A stretch of DNA of 52,030 nt. It comes from a virus (lineage: Duplodnaviria > Caudoviricetes). Below, piece by piece: positions 18,033 through 27,192 of this stretch. Numbering within the stretch: position 1 is the first letter of the stretch; every line of letters begins with the position of its first letter. The stretch is taken from positions 1 to 52,030 of IMG/VR virus record IMGVR_UViG_3300025889_000167; one strand, written 5' to 3'. Under the pieces are notes generated by a model, which had not been told where the DNA came from, ran no database searches, and saw nothing but the letters and a program-made list of their open reading frames with translations. Made by a program: the position numbers and the translations under genes.

Positions 18033-19052
18033 ATGAAGACCGTTACCGTTGAGATCGAAATCGACCGCGCCTCAGCCATTCTTGCTGGCAAGAGCAAGTA
18101 CGGCTTGACCACTGTCGAGATCGACACGGGCCTGCTTACCGCAGACCAGCGCGATGAACTCGCTTACCTCAGCCGCTTCATCGGGGACGCAATTCGCCTC
18201 AAGAGCGCCGCTGGAAATGAGAAAGCTTTGTGTGTCTACACAGGCTACGGGCCCCAGATCAACTCGCACTACGTTGGCTACACGACGCCAATCGTGGACC
18301 CGACCGTCGAAGCCATCCAGACGGCGCTCGATCAACATCGCGCACGTCGTCTTGATGCCGGGGCCGCCTTGGCGGCCGCGCAAGCGGCTTACGAGGTAAA
18401 GTTGCGGGAGAAGGCCACGGCGTCGGCTGTTGCCTTTGTAAAGACCCCCCTGAAGGATCGAGTCGTATGGAGCGGCCGCCGGCCGAATGTCTACGAGAGC
18501 AGGGCACCGCAAATCGAGACCGTGCTCGATCCGTCCCTGCGAGAGGCGTTCGACGTCGCCGTCTCTGAGGCCAACGCCGAGGCCACACGCTTGAACGATG
18601 CCCACAAAGCCAGAAAGCAAATCGAGGCTTCTGCTAAGGCAAAAGCTGAAAAAGCTAAGCACTTGGCTCTTTCGACTTTCCTCGCAGACCATGGCACGCC
18701 AACCCAGCAGAAGCGGCGTGCTGCGAACCTCATGACGGACGATGAGATCCTCAGACTTGTCCGCGATCATGTGTTCGCCCCGCTCGACCACTTGGTGCGG
18801 TATGAGCGGATGAAGGCCTCCAACTTCGACGAACAGTATGTTGAATTTTCTTCAAATGATGCCGCGACCTGCTCCGACGAGCAGTTTGAGGCCATGGAGG
18901 CGATCGGAGCGCTGCTCCCCGAATCCACAGTGACGCTGCGCGAGCACGTTGCTGAGGTTCGGTCGCTGGACGAGACGCACGTTAAGCGCGGGTTCCTCGT
19001 CACTATGACATGGCACGGCTGGGTTCTCAGCCGGGAGTACGCGGCCGATTAA
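18033..19052 (+). CDS. Hypothetical moron protein (339 aa), antisense to late operon
   Basis: Own promoter, RBS ggagag and downstream hairpin. Confidence 0.75.
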   Translation: MKTVTVEIEIDRASAILAGKSKYGLTTVEIDTGLLTADQRDELAYLSRFIGDAIRLKSAAGNEKALCVYTGYGPQINSHYVGYTTPIVDPTVEAIQTALDQHRARRLDAGAALAAAQAAYEVKLREKATASAVAFVKTPLKDRVVWSGRRPNVYESRAPQIETVLDPSLREAFDVAVSEANAEATRLNDAHKARKQIEASAKAKAEKAKHLALSTFLADHGTPTQQKRRAANLMTDDEILRLVRDHVFAPLDHLVRYERMKASNFDEQYVEFSSNDAATCSDEQFEAMEAIGALLPESTVTLREHVAEVRSLDETHVKRGFLVTMTWHGWVLSREYAAD

Positions 19053-19060
19053 GGCTGGCA

Positions 19061-19098
19061 CCATCGGGGCCGCCAGCAAACGTGGGCGGCCCCGATGG
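19061..19098. terminator. Hairpin between convergent genes
   Basis: 14-bp stem ccatcggggccgcc / ggcggccccgatgg; no clear U-tract. Confidence 0.6.
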
Positions 19099-19102
19099 GC
19101 AA

Positions 19103-19966
19103 TCACTCGTCATCCCTTGGCAACACAACCGGCACCCTGTTTGCTGCTAGAAGATTCGCGCTATCAACCTCGGCCGGATCAAACGCTGCCGAGGTTGACC
19201 GCAGCTGATTTGGGTTGCGGACGATAATCACCTGATGGCCACCAGAGCCGCCGGGTGTTGTGTAATTCATAAGCCGCACACTGTCATAACCCATATCCCA
19301 GGCATGAGCCAATGTCGCAGCAATCTCGTTATTCCGCTCTGTCCCGTCTAACGTCAGCCGAGCTTGCTTGTCTGAGCGATAGCGAAGTGGAAGAACTCTG
19401 GAATGCTCCAATGTCGCCCCTTGAGCGTCGCGAGCAAACTCGTCGGCTACTGCGGGATCGACCGCAACAGAAACTCCTTGAGCTCCAGCCCGAGAACCCG
19501 ACCGACTGCCCCCATATTGTAGTTCGAAAGCCATAAAATCTTCTGGCGAATGAGTGCCGTGAAAAACGGTTTCCGGCCTCATCAATTGATCCGCTCGCTC
19601 CATTCTTGCTTTTGGGCTCATGTCGAGCGCTCGCCTACCCCCGCTTGCGCCGATGCTGCCCCGCGGCTTGGGCGCCGCAAGACCGCCAACAGTAGCGGCG
19701 CCGGCCGCATTAAACGCCTCCTCAATGGCCGCCGCGTCACTTGCCGACTGCCTGCCAGGCACATAGCCGCTCTGCAGGAACCGCTGCACACTCGGCACGC
19801 CTGTCATCTCGAGCAGCACCTGCCCGAGTGTTTGGCGGTTCCGCACCTTTTCGTCATCGCTTGGCAGCATGCTGCGCATGCGCTGCGCTGCCTCACGCTG
19901 GGACAGGATTGGCTTCACGCTCCCGCCAGACTTGAGCACCTGCGCGAGCGAGGGTTGGTCAGGCAC
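19103..19966 (-). CDS. ADP-ribosyltransferase-like (ART-PolyVal-type) protein, paralog 2
   Basis: VFHGT..F..F, GYDSV, IIVRNPNQLRS.SAAFDP motifs; homologous to 22191-23168. Confidence 0.65.
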   Translation of the reverse strand: MPDQPSLAQVLKSGGSVKPILSQREAAQRMRSMLPSDDEKVRNRQTLGQVLLEMTGVPSVQRFLQSGYVPGRQSASDAAAIEEAFNAAGAATVGGLAAPKPRGSIGASGGRRALDMSPKARMERADQLMRPETVFHGTHSPEDFMAFELQYGGSRSGSRAGAQGVSVAVDPAVADEFARDAQGATLEHSRVLPLRYRSDKQARLTLDGTERNNEIAATLAHAWDMGYDSVRLMNYTTPGGSGGHQVIIVRNPNQLRSTSAAFDPAEVDSANLLAANRVPVVLPRDDE

Positions 19967-22184
19967 GGCTGCCTCCCTGTGGCGGCTCCGGCCGGAAGGC
20001 CTCGGCCAGCCTCAGCTGCAGATCCACCTCATCGGCCTGCTGGTCACGCTGCATCTGAGCTACCTTGCCTGCCGCATCCAGCTCGTGCAGCTGCTGCTTG
20101 GCCTGGGCGTCGCGCTGTTTCAGACCCATGTCGATGACTTTGGCCTGCGTGTTGGCCTGCGCACCCTGCATCGCTGCCTGGGCCTTGGCCTTGATGGCCT
20201 CGGTCTCGGCCTTGATCTTTTCCGCCTTGGCCTCGGCCTCCGGGTCCGTCTGCTGCTGTGGCCCCTGCGCGGCGGCAGCCATGGCCGCCTCCTCCATCTG
20301 GTCGAACACGTCCTCAAGCGTCTCCTCGAGGCTGCGGCCAACCTTGAAGGCGCGCATGGCGAACGCGGTCAATTCGCGCGAGAACGGCACCAGCTTGGGC
20401 TGCTGCAGGGCGGCCGGCATGGCTACTTCCATCATCTGCATGATGGCCTGTACGAACTCAATGCGCTGCTTGCGCTCCTCAGCAGCATCGACCTCGGCCG
20501 TGACATCCGTCTCCACGTCGATCACATAGCCGCGGCGCTGGTCAGAGCGCAGGATGGCCTTGATCTCTTCCCATGGGGCCGACGACGCGATGGCCTTCAG
20601 CGCCTTGATCTGCTCGATATCCGGCGGCTTCTGCGGCGTGGGCTGCTGCGGCTGCATCCCCGGCCCGGCCTGCATGCCCCCTGTCATCGGCGGGCCGCCG
20701 TTGTGGCCCATCTGCGGCGGCTGCGTGAGCATCTGCAGCTGCTGCTTGGCCTGCTCGATCTCGGCCATCGTCGGCAGCTGCATGCCGGTCATGGCCGCCA
20801 GCTTCTCGCGCGTGAAGTGCTCGGCAATCAGCTCGGCCTTGATGCGGTAGCCGTCACGCAGAAACCGCTGCACGCGATCCTGGCGCTTGCTCAGCCGCAT
20901 GGAACCAAATTGGCCCTTGATGCGCTGCGCCGTGGCTGTCTCATTGGGATTGGTGGCGCCCCGGATCACGTCCGAGATGCCCGTCACCTCGTAGATGCGC
21001 TGGATCGTGACCGCGGCCTTTTCATACAAGACGTTGATGGCCGCCACGATCGGCTGCAAATCCTCGGTCTGGAAAACAGCGGACAGGCCGCCCTTGTCCA
21101 TCAGCGCTGCGAAGTTCCTGACGGGGATGAACTCGTTATCACCGGCCAGCATCAAGTTCTGCAGCTGGCTGTCCTGCCCGTCGATATCAGCCGCATAGAC
21201 GCCGCGCCGCTTGCAGGCCTCGACCAAGTTGTAGAGGCGGCTGGCGATCTCATCCAGCTCGTTAGCCTGATCCTTGTACTGCAAGAACTCCGGACTGGGC
21301 GTCAGGCTGCTCGTGGTCTTGATGGCATAAAGCGGCTCCGGGCACGGAAAGAACCGCTCGAGCTTGTAAGGATCGTCATCGGGCGGCTGCAGCAGGTACT
21401 GGTAGCCCTCGGCCACATAGCAGCGCTGGCGCTTGGTTTTGTCCCAGACCTCCCACACACAGGCCCGCTTGAATGTGTCGTCGTCAGCATCCTTGTCCGT
21501 GTCGGGTGCGCCCTCGATGCGGGCGTTCAACGGCACATTGTCAGCATGCTGCGGGAAGTAGCGCTTGAGGTCGTCGCGCGTGTAGTGGTGCCGCCGCGCG
21601 ACCCACCAAACGTCAGCCCACACACGGCCATAGCTGCAGCGGAAGTCCTTGAAGAACACGTAGTCCCAGCGCACCCGCTGGTCCGTGATCGTCTCGCCCA
21701 TGACGGCGGTGGGCTCGTCCTCGGGCGAGGGCTGGTCATCCTCGACATCGGCCTCATAGACCGTCCAACACACGCCCCGCCCCGGCAGCAGCTCGTCCTC
21801 GATCGCAGCCTCGACAGCCAGATCGGCGTCGTAGCTGTCGTTGCAGTAGCTCAGCGCCCGCTCGAGCAGCATCGCGGTGGTGCGCGCTGCCTTGTCCTCC
21901 TGGCCGCGGTTGGCAAAGCGGCGGCGCACGTCCGGCTTGCCGATGCCCTGGAACAGCGCCGCCTTCAGCAGCTCCGTGTTGCTCCACAAGATGTTGACGC
22001 GCTGCGTGGCGACGCTATCAAGGCCACGCTCGTCCTTGTAGCGCGACAGCACCTTATCGGCCGCTGTGTGCCAGGCCTCGTCACGCTTGGCAGCCGCCGT
22101 CAGCTCGCCGAGCCAGAACTTGGCCTCGAGCGGCTTTTCGTCGGCCTGTGCGCGTGTTTCCTGGTCGGTGGCTGCCTCGCTCAT
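19959..22184 (-). CDS. Portal protein
   Basis: 741 aa downstream of terL; IYEVTGISDVIRG and ETATAQRIK motifs; C-terminal coiled coil. Confidence 0.85.
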   Translation of the reverse strand: MSEAATDQETRAQADEKPLEAKFWLGELTAAAKRDEAWHTAADKVLSRYKDERGLDSVATQRVNILWSNTELLKAALFQGIGKPDVRRRFANRGQEDKAARTTAMLLERALSYCNDSYDADLAVEAAIEDELLPGRGVCWTVYEADVEDDQPSPEDEPTAVMGETITDQRVRWDYVFFKDFRCSYGRVWADVWWVARRHHYTRDDLKRYFPQHADNVPLNARIEGAPDTDKDADDDTFKRACVWEVWDKTKRQRCYVAEGYQYLLQPPDDDPYKLERFFPCPEPLYAIKTTSSLTPSPEFLQYKDQANELDEIASRLYNLVEACKRRGVYAADIDGQDSQLQNLMLAGDNEFIPVRNFAALMDKGGLSAVFQTEDLQPIVAAINVLYEKAAVTIQRIYEVTGISDVIRGATNPNETATAQRIKGQFGSMRLSKRQDRVQRFLRDGYRIKAELIAEHFTREKLAAMTGMQLPTMAEIEQAKQQLQMLTQPPQMGHNGGPPMTGGMQAGPGMQPQQPTPQKPPDIEQIKALKAIASSAPWEEIKAILRSDQRRGYVIDVETDVTAEVDAAEERKQRIEFVQAIMQMMEVAMPAALQQPKLVPFSRELTAFAMRAFKVGRSLEETLEDVFDQMEEAAMAAAAQGPQQQTDPEAEAKAEKIKAETEAIKAKAQAAMQGAQANTQAKVIDMGLKQRDAQAKQQLHELDAAGKVAQMQRDQQADEVDLQLRLAEAFRPEPPQGGSRA

Positions 22185-22190
22185 ATGTGC

Positions 22191-23168
22191 TTATTCCTGC
22201 CGGCCATCATCGCCCTGCGCCTGCGGCACAAAAGGAATCTGGCCGCGGTTTGCGGCGAGCAGGTTCGAGCTGTTGCGCTTGGCGGGGTCGAAGGCGGCAC
22301 TCACCGACCTAATATCGCTTGGATCGAATACTACGGCGCTTCTACCACCAAACTCTGTGTCATCTAGACTTATGCCATGGTAACCACGTTTCCTTAGGCT
22401 CCTTTTCCAGCGATCAGCCGCCCCCTCGCCATTCTTATCTAACCTTCTGTCGAGAACATTCATCACATAATCAAGGCTTATTGGCTCTCCGCTTTCAAGC
22501 TCATCATAAAGGCCGCCCCGCACATATACTGGAATAGTCCGCCCGCCAGTGCCATCCATACCGGCCATGCGTGCCACTGCCTCCGGCTCCGACGTGAACC
22601 AATGGCCAAGATTGGCTGTTTCCGCTGCTGCGTCGCTGCTCGCGTTGCCGTGCGTGTTGCGACCCAAATATGCGTTATCGAAAGCGTCGAAATCGGAATC
22701 AGTCACGTGATACCAAACCGTGTCGGTATCAAACCCCATCTCCCGCGCCCGAGCCATTCTGGCCTCCTGACTCATGTCCAGGGTTGCGGGATGACGCGAT
22801 CCGCCGGCAAAGAGCGTGTCCTTGGGCAGGCCCTTGGCCATCACACCGCGCGCGCCGACGGCATAGGTTGCGCCACCCAAGTCTAAAAGCCCCATAGCGA
22901 TCTTGCCGACGTTCTCAGCCTCGCGCAGGCCTTGCTGTCCGGGCTGGTAGCCGCCCCCATAAAGGATGTCCTTCACGCCGCCATACAGCCCCTGCATGGA
23001 CGACGCGAAGCCCTCGGCAAGGGGACGCGGATCGAGTGGCAAAAACGGCGCGATATTGCGATTGTACCAATCCTCCTGCGGCCGCTGCTGCAGCACGCTC
23101 GCCATGTCAGCTTGCTGCTGTTGCCGTGGCCCCATCAACTCCTGCGCAAGAGACGACACGTCACGCAA
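22191..23168 (-). CDS. ADP-ribosyltransferase-like (ART-PolyVal-type) protein, paralog 1
   Basis: WYHVTDSDFDAFD, GHWFTS, RGYHGI, VVFDPSDIRS.SAAFDP motifs. Confidence 0.7.
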   Translation of the reverse strand: MRDVSSLAQELMGPRQQQQADMASVLQQRPQEDWYNRNIAPFLPLDPRPLAEGFASSMQGLYGGVKDILYGGGYQPGQQGLREAENVGKIAMGLLDLGGATYAVGARGVMAKGLPKDTLFAGGSRHPATLDMSQEARMARAREMGFDTDTVWYHVTDSDFDAFDNAYLGRNTHGNASSDAAAETANLGHWFTSEPEAVARMAGMDGTGGRTIPVYVRGGLYDELESGEPISLDYVMNVLDRRLDKNGEGAADRWKRSLRKRGYHGISLDDTEFGGRSAVVFDPSDIRSVSAAFDPAKRNSSNLLAANRGQIPFVPQAQGDDGRQE

Positions 23169-24564
23169 CCCCTCTTCGGCTCATACGTGCGTGCCTCTTG
23201 TCATGCTCGGCCACCAGTTCATCCAGCGTAGGCATCCGCGTCTCCACCGGCTTTGGTGCTGGCTTTTCGATCGGCGGAAACAAGCCACTGTTGATTGCGA
23301 ATTCACCAAAGGCATCGGCGCCGTGGCTGTTCTCGTCGTGCAGCGGCACGGTGTAGCTCTGCAATGCGTCGTTCCATTTGCGGCGGTAGCGCTTGAGCCG
23401 CTTAAGGCCCATCTGCACACGTGGCGTGTCGTTGAACCGTGTTACCGGCAGCAGCTGGCGCACGGCCTGGATGCGGTCGGACGGGTTGGCGGCTGCACCA
23501 CGGTGGATGCCCACCATGCCCAACCGCTGCAGCGTCTCGATCCTGCTGCGCGCGCCCGAGCCCCACTCGCGCAACTTGACGTCGTGCGGCAGGTAGTGGC
23601 GATCATAGTTGTAGGGCGTCAGCCGACCCAGATCAGCCAGCGCCTGCACCTGCGTCCACTCTGCAAAGCGCTCCTCGCGCTCGGGTGGCCGAAACAGCTC
23701 AGGCAGTGCCGTGGCCATCACGTCCTCGGCCCCCTCACCTGTCGCCTCGTAGTAATCGATCACGGTCGCGGTGCGGCCATCGTCCTGCCAGAACCAGACG
23801 GCCGTGTGGTCGTCCACGCCGATGTCCCAGGACGTTTTGACCTTGCGCTTGGGCTCATGCGGGAAGAAGCCAATGCGGCCCTCGCGCTCTGCATGAGCCA
23901 GAAGGCGGGCATAGTACGCCCCCTCACTGATGATCTCGTAGCCACCGCCCCAGACATGCTCGGCAAGCTCTGGATCAGTCGCATAGTCGCGCTGCATCTC
24001 CTCGCGCAGCACTGCCGGGAACCAAGGGTTGTCGGAGTGATTGCACTCCACCACGATGGCATTGGCCGGCTTGTGGGGGCCACGTAGAAGCTCATCGACC
24101 GCGTCGTTGTCGTGCCGCGGGTTCCAAGCAAACCACAATTCGCTATTGTCTTTGCGGATCGTCGGCCGCAGCAGCCGCAGCGAGACAGCGCTCAGTGACT
24201 GCGCCTCCTCGACCCAGGCCCAATCGAAGTCCTCGAGCGACTTGATGTTCTCGGCGTTGTAGCTCTGCATGCCCCTGAAGATCATGTGGCTGCCGTTGCG
24301 GCCCCTGATCTCATCGCGAAGCACGTCAAAAAAGTCGCCCAGGCCCAATGCTTGGATCTTGTCCTCGATCAGCTGCTTGACCGAGTCCTTGATGCTGTTT
24401 TGCACCTCACGAATGGCCACGCCACGCGTCGGGCGGGAGTAGTTCGTGAGCACTGCCATCTGCGCAAAAAAGTGGCTCTTGCCGGAGCCGCGGCCGCCGT
24501 GCGCACCCTTGTAGCGAGCCGGCTGCAGCAGCGGGGCCAGCTTCTCGGGGACGGCGACCTGCAT
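23161..24564 (-). CDS. terL: Terminase large subunit
   Basis: Walker A GGRGSGKS, Walker B WVEEAQ, WNP coupling motif, WDIG and HGADA nuclease motifs. Confidence 0.93.
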   Translation of the reverse strand: MQVAVPEKLAPLLQPARYKGAHGGRGSGKSHFFAQMAVLTNYSRPTRGVAIREVQNSIKDSVKQLIEDKIQALGLGDFFDVLRDEIRGRNGSHMIFRGMQSYNAENIKSLEDFDWAWVEEAQSLSAVSLRLLRPTIRKDNSELWFAWNPRHDNDAVDELLRGPHKPANAIVVECNHSDNPWFPAVLREEMQRDYATDPELAEHVWGGGYEIISEGAYYARLLAHAEREGRIGFFPHEPKRKVKTSWDIGVDDHTAVWFWQDDGRTATVIDYYEATGEGAEDVMATALPELFRPPEREERFAEWTQVQALADLGRLTPYNYDRHYLPHDVKLREWGSGARSRIETLQRLGMVGIHRGAAANPSDRIQAVRQLLPVTRFNDTPRVQMGLKRLKRYRRKWNDALQSYTVPLHDENSHGADAFGEFAINSGLFPPIEKPAPKPVETRMPTLDELVAEHDKRHARMSRRGVA

Positions 24565-24569
24565 AGGTG

Positions 24570-24995
24570 TCAATCGTCGGTCCCTTTGGGCCGCACGATC
24601 ACCCACTCGATGCGCTGCTCTTGCCTGATCGGGCCGCCATCCGGGCCACTCTGCTCCTGGGCAATCCTGTCGCCGTGATCATCGCGGAACATAGACTTGA
24701 CCATCTGCGACCACAGCGGCGTGTTGAAATCGCGCGTCTTGTAGCTCTCGGCTGCCAATTCCTCGTGCCAGGCCTGGCTTAGCGTTGTGGCCCGTGAAAG
24801 AGCGTCTGAAAACTCTGGGTAATTCCCTTCCCAATCTTTGAGCGACTGCTTGCTGACGCCGATATGCGCGGCCATGCGGGCGCGGCTGTAGCCCTGCCTG
24901 CCAAGTTCGATCACCGTCTCGCAATACTCTGGGCGGTATCGCGTCGGGCGGCCCATAGGCCTGCCTTCCCCGCCTGCTCTCTCGTCGTTCTTCAT
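24570..24995 (-). CDS. terS: Terminase small subunit
   Basis: GRPTRYRPEYC followed by HTH; C-terminal SGPDGGPI; adjacent to terL. Confidence 0.85.
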   Translation of the reverse strand: MKNDERAGGEGRPMGRPTRYRPEYCETVIELGRQGYSRARMAAHIGVSKQSLKDWEGNYPEFSDALSRATTLSQAWHEELAAESYKTRDFNTPLWSQMVKSMFRDDHGDRIAQEQSGPDGGPIRQEQRIEWVIVRPKGTDD

Positions 24996-24999
24996 GACC

Positions 25000-25275
25000 T
25001 CACACTTCGCGCTTTTGCTGCCTGCGCTTGTACCAGCGCCTCAGCAAGTCGGTCCCTGGCGAGCACTTAAGCCAAGCCTCGTATCCCGGAGGAGCCAGCG
25101 CCTTGATCTGGGCGCGGCTCAAGTGAGCCACAATGGCTGGCTTGGCCCCCTTCAGGATCGGCACCCACTTATCGGTAGCCGCCCTCGGTCCCTTGAATGT
25201 CAATCCGCCGTCTGGCGTCACAGCCAGTAAGATGCCGTCGGCACGCGCACCGGCGATAATGGCGGCCGGCGTCAT
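25000..25275 (-). CDS. TubC_N-like small protein, paralog B (alternative in-frame start at 25326)
   Basis: GILLAVTPDGGLTFKGP...KPAIVAHL; C-terminus similar to 25331-25678. Confidence 0.55.
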   Translation of the reverse strand: MTPAAIIAGARADGILLAVTPDGGLTFKGPRAATDKWVPILKGAKPAIVAHLSRAQIKALAPPGYEAWLKCSPGTDLLRRWYKRRQQKREV

Positions 25276-25330
25276 AGCGTGCCCTCCACCACGTCCTTCC
25301 CCGCCTGCTCTTTCGCCGTTTTTCATAGCC

Positions 25331-25678
25331 TTACGCTTCCCGGCGCCACTGTCGGCTGTTGTACCAATACCGCAGCAGGTCCGTCCTCGGCGAACACTCC
25401 AGCCAGACCTCCGCAGCATCGCCAGCAAACGGCAGCTTGGCCTGCCTCATCTTCTCGACCTCGTCGGCAAGTGCTTGGCGGCACCGCTCCAGCGTGACGG
25501 GTTCCATGGCACCGCCAATGTATTCAGCGATGTCGTCAGCAATCACTTGCACCACGGGCAGCCACGCCCGCTTGGCCTTATCTGAGCCCGCGATCAACAG
25601 GCGCCCATCGTGATCAAGGGCAAAGACAATGCCGTCCAGGGCTGCCGCATCGATAATGTCCTGCGGGTAATCGGTCAC
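25331..25678 (-). CDS. TubC_N-like small protein, paralog A
   Basis: GIVFALDHDGRLLIAG...; WLECSPRTDLLRYWY. Confidence 0.55.
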   Translation of the reverse strand: MTDYPQDIIDAAALDGIVFALDHDGRLLIAGSDKAKRAWLPVVQVIADDIAEYIGGAMEPVTLERCRQALADEVEKMRQAKLPFAGDAAEVWLECSPRTDLLRYWYNSRQWRREA

Positions 25679-25758
25679 GTCACCACCAGCGAGTAGGCCC
25701 ACCCGGCAGCCAACATAGCCAGGAAGAACACGGCGGCAATCAGGATCGCACTTTGCAT
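25675..25758 (-). CDS. 27-aa hydrophobic peptide
   Basis: MQSAILIAAVFFLAMLAAGWAYSLVVT; GTGA overlap with next gene. Confidence 0.35.
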   Translation of the reverse strand: MQSAILIAAVFFLAMLAAGWAYSLVVT

Positions 25759-25864
25759 CGCGCTTGCTGCCCTGCGCCTCACTTTGTCAGCCAGTAGGCG
25801 CCGGCGATGTAGGCGAGGGCGATGTGATCCAGCCCCCCCCCGCAGCTGATGACTTGTTGTGCAA

Positions 25865-26116
25865 TCATGGCTGTAGCCCCCGCAGACTGGCGTTTGCGAT
25901 CCCTGCGCGCGGCCTACACGCGACGAACTCGCCGTGCTCGCTAAAATAGCTGACGCTGCCCTCAAGCTGACAGCGGATGAAGCTGTAGGTTATGACGTCG
26001 TAGTGCGGCGGCGCCGGCTCAGGCGCCCAGATGATTTGGGCTGCCCTGTAGGCGCCGATCATCCCCCCGAGCGCGGCCAGCGCCGCCGGCAACAGCCACG
26101 ATCTATTGATGCTCAT
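25865..26116 (-). CDS. Hypothetical membrane-anchored protein
   Basis: N-terminal hydrophobic helix. Confidence 0.45.
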   Translation of the reverse strand: MSINRSWLLPAALAALGGMIGAYRAAQIIWAPEPAPPHYDVITYSFIRCQLEGSVSYFSEHGEFVACRPRAGIANASLRGLQP

Positions 26117-26306
26117 CACGGTCTCGCAGGTGCTGGCTCCAGCGCTCTCCATGAAGCCGCACGGTGTCTGTAAGGTTGTCGACACTGGCCAATGCCTTTG
26201 CCAGCTCGCGTATCAGGACCTCGCGTGGCAGCTGCTCGATCGGCCGGCCCCTGATGCGGCGACCTGTTGTCGTGGCTGTCGTCACGCGCCGTGCCCGCTT
26301 GGCCAT
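26103..26306 (-). CDS. Hypothetical protein
   Basis: Basic N-terminus and helical body; overlaps next ORF. Confidence 0.4.
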   Translation of the reverse strand: MAKRARRVTTATTTGRRIRGRPIEQLPREVLIRELAKALASVDNLTDTVRLHGERWSQHLRDRDEHQ

Positions 26307-26432
26307 CTGCCTGTGCTGCTGCTGGGATAGGCGGGGAGCCGGTGCGAAGTGTCTGGGGGGCACCGGCTCCCCTACTGTGCCGCCCGCGCATGCAGGGAGG
26401 CCCGTCGAGGAGGTGGACGGCACAGGTTGCGA

Positions 26433-27065
26433 TCAGTTGAGCTTGAACGTGAGCCGTGCGCGGCCAACCGTCTCGGACTGGTCCACCTCAGCCGGAATGC
26501 CGCCGACGCTGAGAATTTCAGGCTCAAACCGATAGTGGATAACTTCCACACCCAGCGCGACGTTCGGCGCGACGTACAGCTCAGCACCAGCGCCGCCAGC
26601 AAGACCCAACAAATACTCGCTATCGGAGCCCAGGCCCTCGGTTGCTAGTTTGCTCTGCGTAATAGCCGGCCCAGCCGTAGCGTAGAGCAGTGCAGGCCCT
26701 GCCGTTACACCGACGCGGCCGCGCACCGAGACGAGCCAGTCGTTAGTGGCCTTGATCTGCACGCCCTGCTCGTCCGTGGAGCCGCGGATGTTGCGCAGCA
26801 CGCCATCGGCCTCGAGGCCCAAATACATTCCGCTAGGCGTGATGACGCCGCCACCGATGACGATGCCGCCGAACAGCCCCTCGGCCGCCAAGTCGGTATC
26901 GGCAGACGACAACGCAGCCGTCGCATAGCCGCCCGTGGCGCCAACATAAACACCCTGGTGCGCGCTGGCTGCCCCCACCTTAACTTTCTCGTCCGCATGT
27001 GCGAAAGGCGTGGCGCAGGCATGCAGGCCCAGCGTCACCGCCGCGATTGCTGCGATGCTCTTCAT
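26433..27065 (-). CDS. Outer-membrane beta-barrel protein (Omp25/RopB-like)
   Basis: Signal peptide; GVYVGATGGY, SVRGRVG, LLYATAG and GAGAE strands; C-terminal LTFKLN. Confidence 0.85.
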   Translation of the reverse strand: MKSIAAIAAVTLGLHACATPFAHADEKVKVGAASAHQGVYVGATGGYATAALSSADTDLAAEGLFGGIVIGGGVITPSGMYLGLEADGVLRNIRGSTDEQGVQIKATNDWLVSVRGRVGVTAGPALLYATAGPAITQSKLATEGLGSDSEYLLGLAGGAGAELYVAPNVALGVEVIHYRFEPEILSVGGIPAEVDQSETVGRARLTFKLN

Positions 27066-27192
27066 GTTTAACCCCTTGAGATTGATCAGTAATTAGCCGC
27101 CACGACGTGGAATGACATGGCCGCCACGCCAACAATCAGCACCAGATCGGGCCACCACAGTCGAAGCGCGCCACTGGCTGTGCGGGCACCGA

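Noticed and set aside
19869-22367. 832-aa plus-strand ORF
   Set aside because: Antisense shadow of the portal gene in GC-rich DNA; no motifs or RBS
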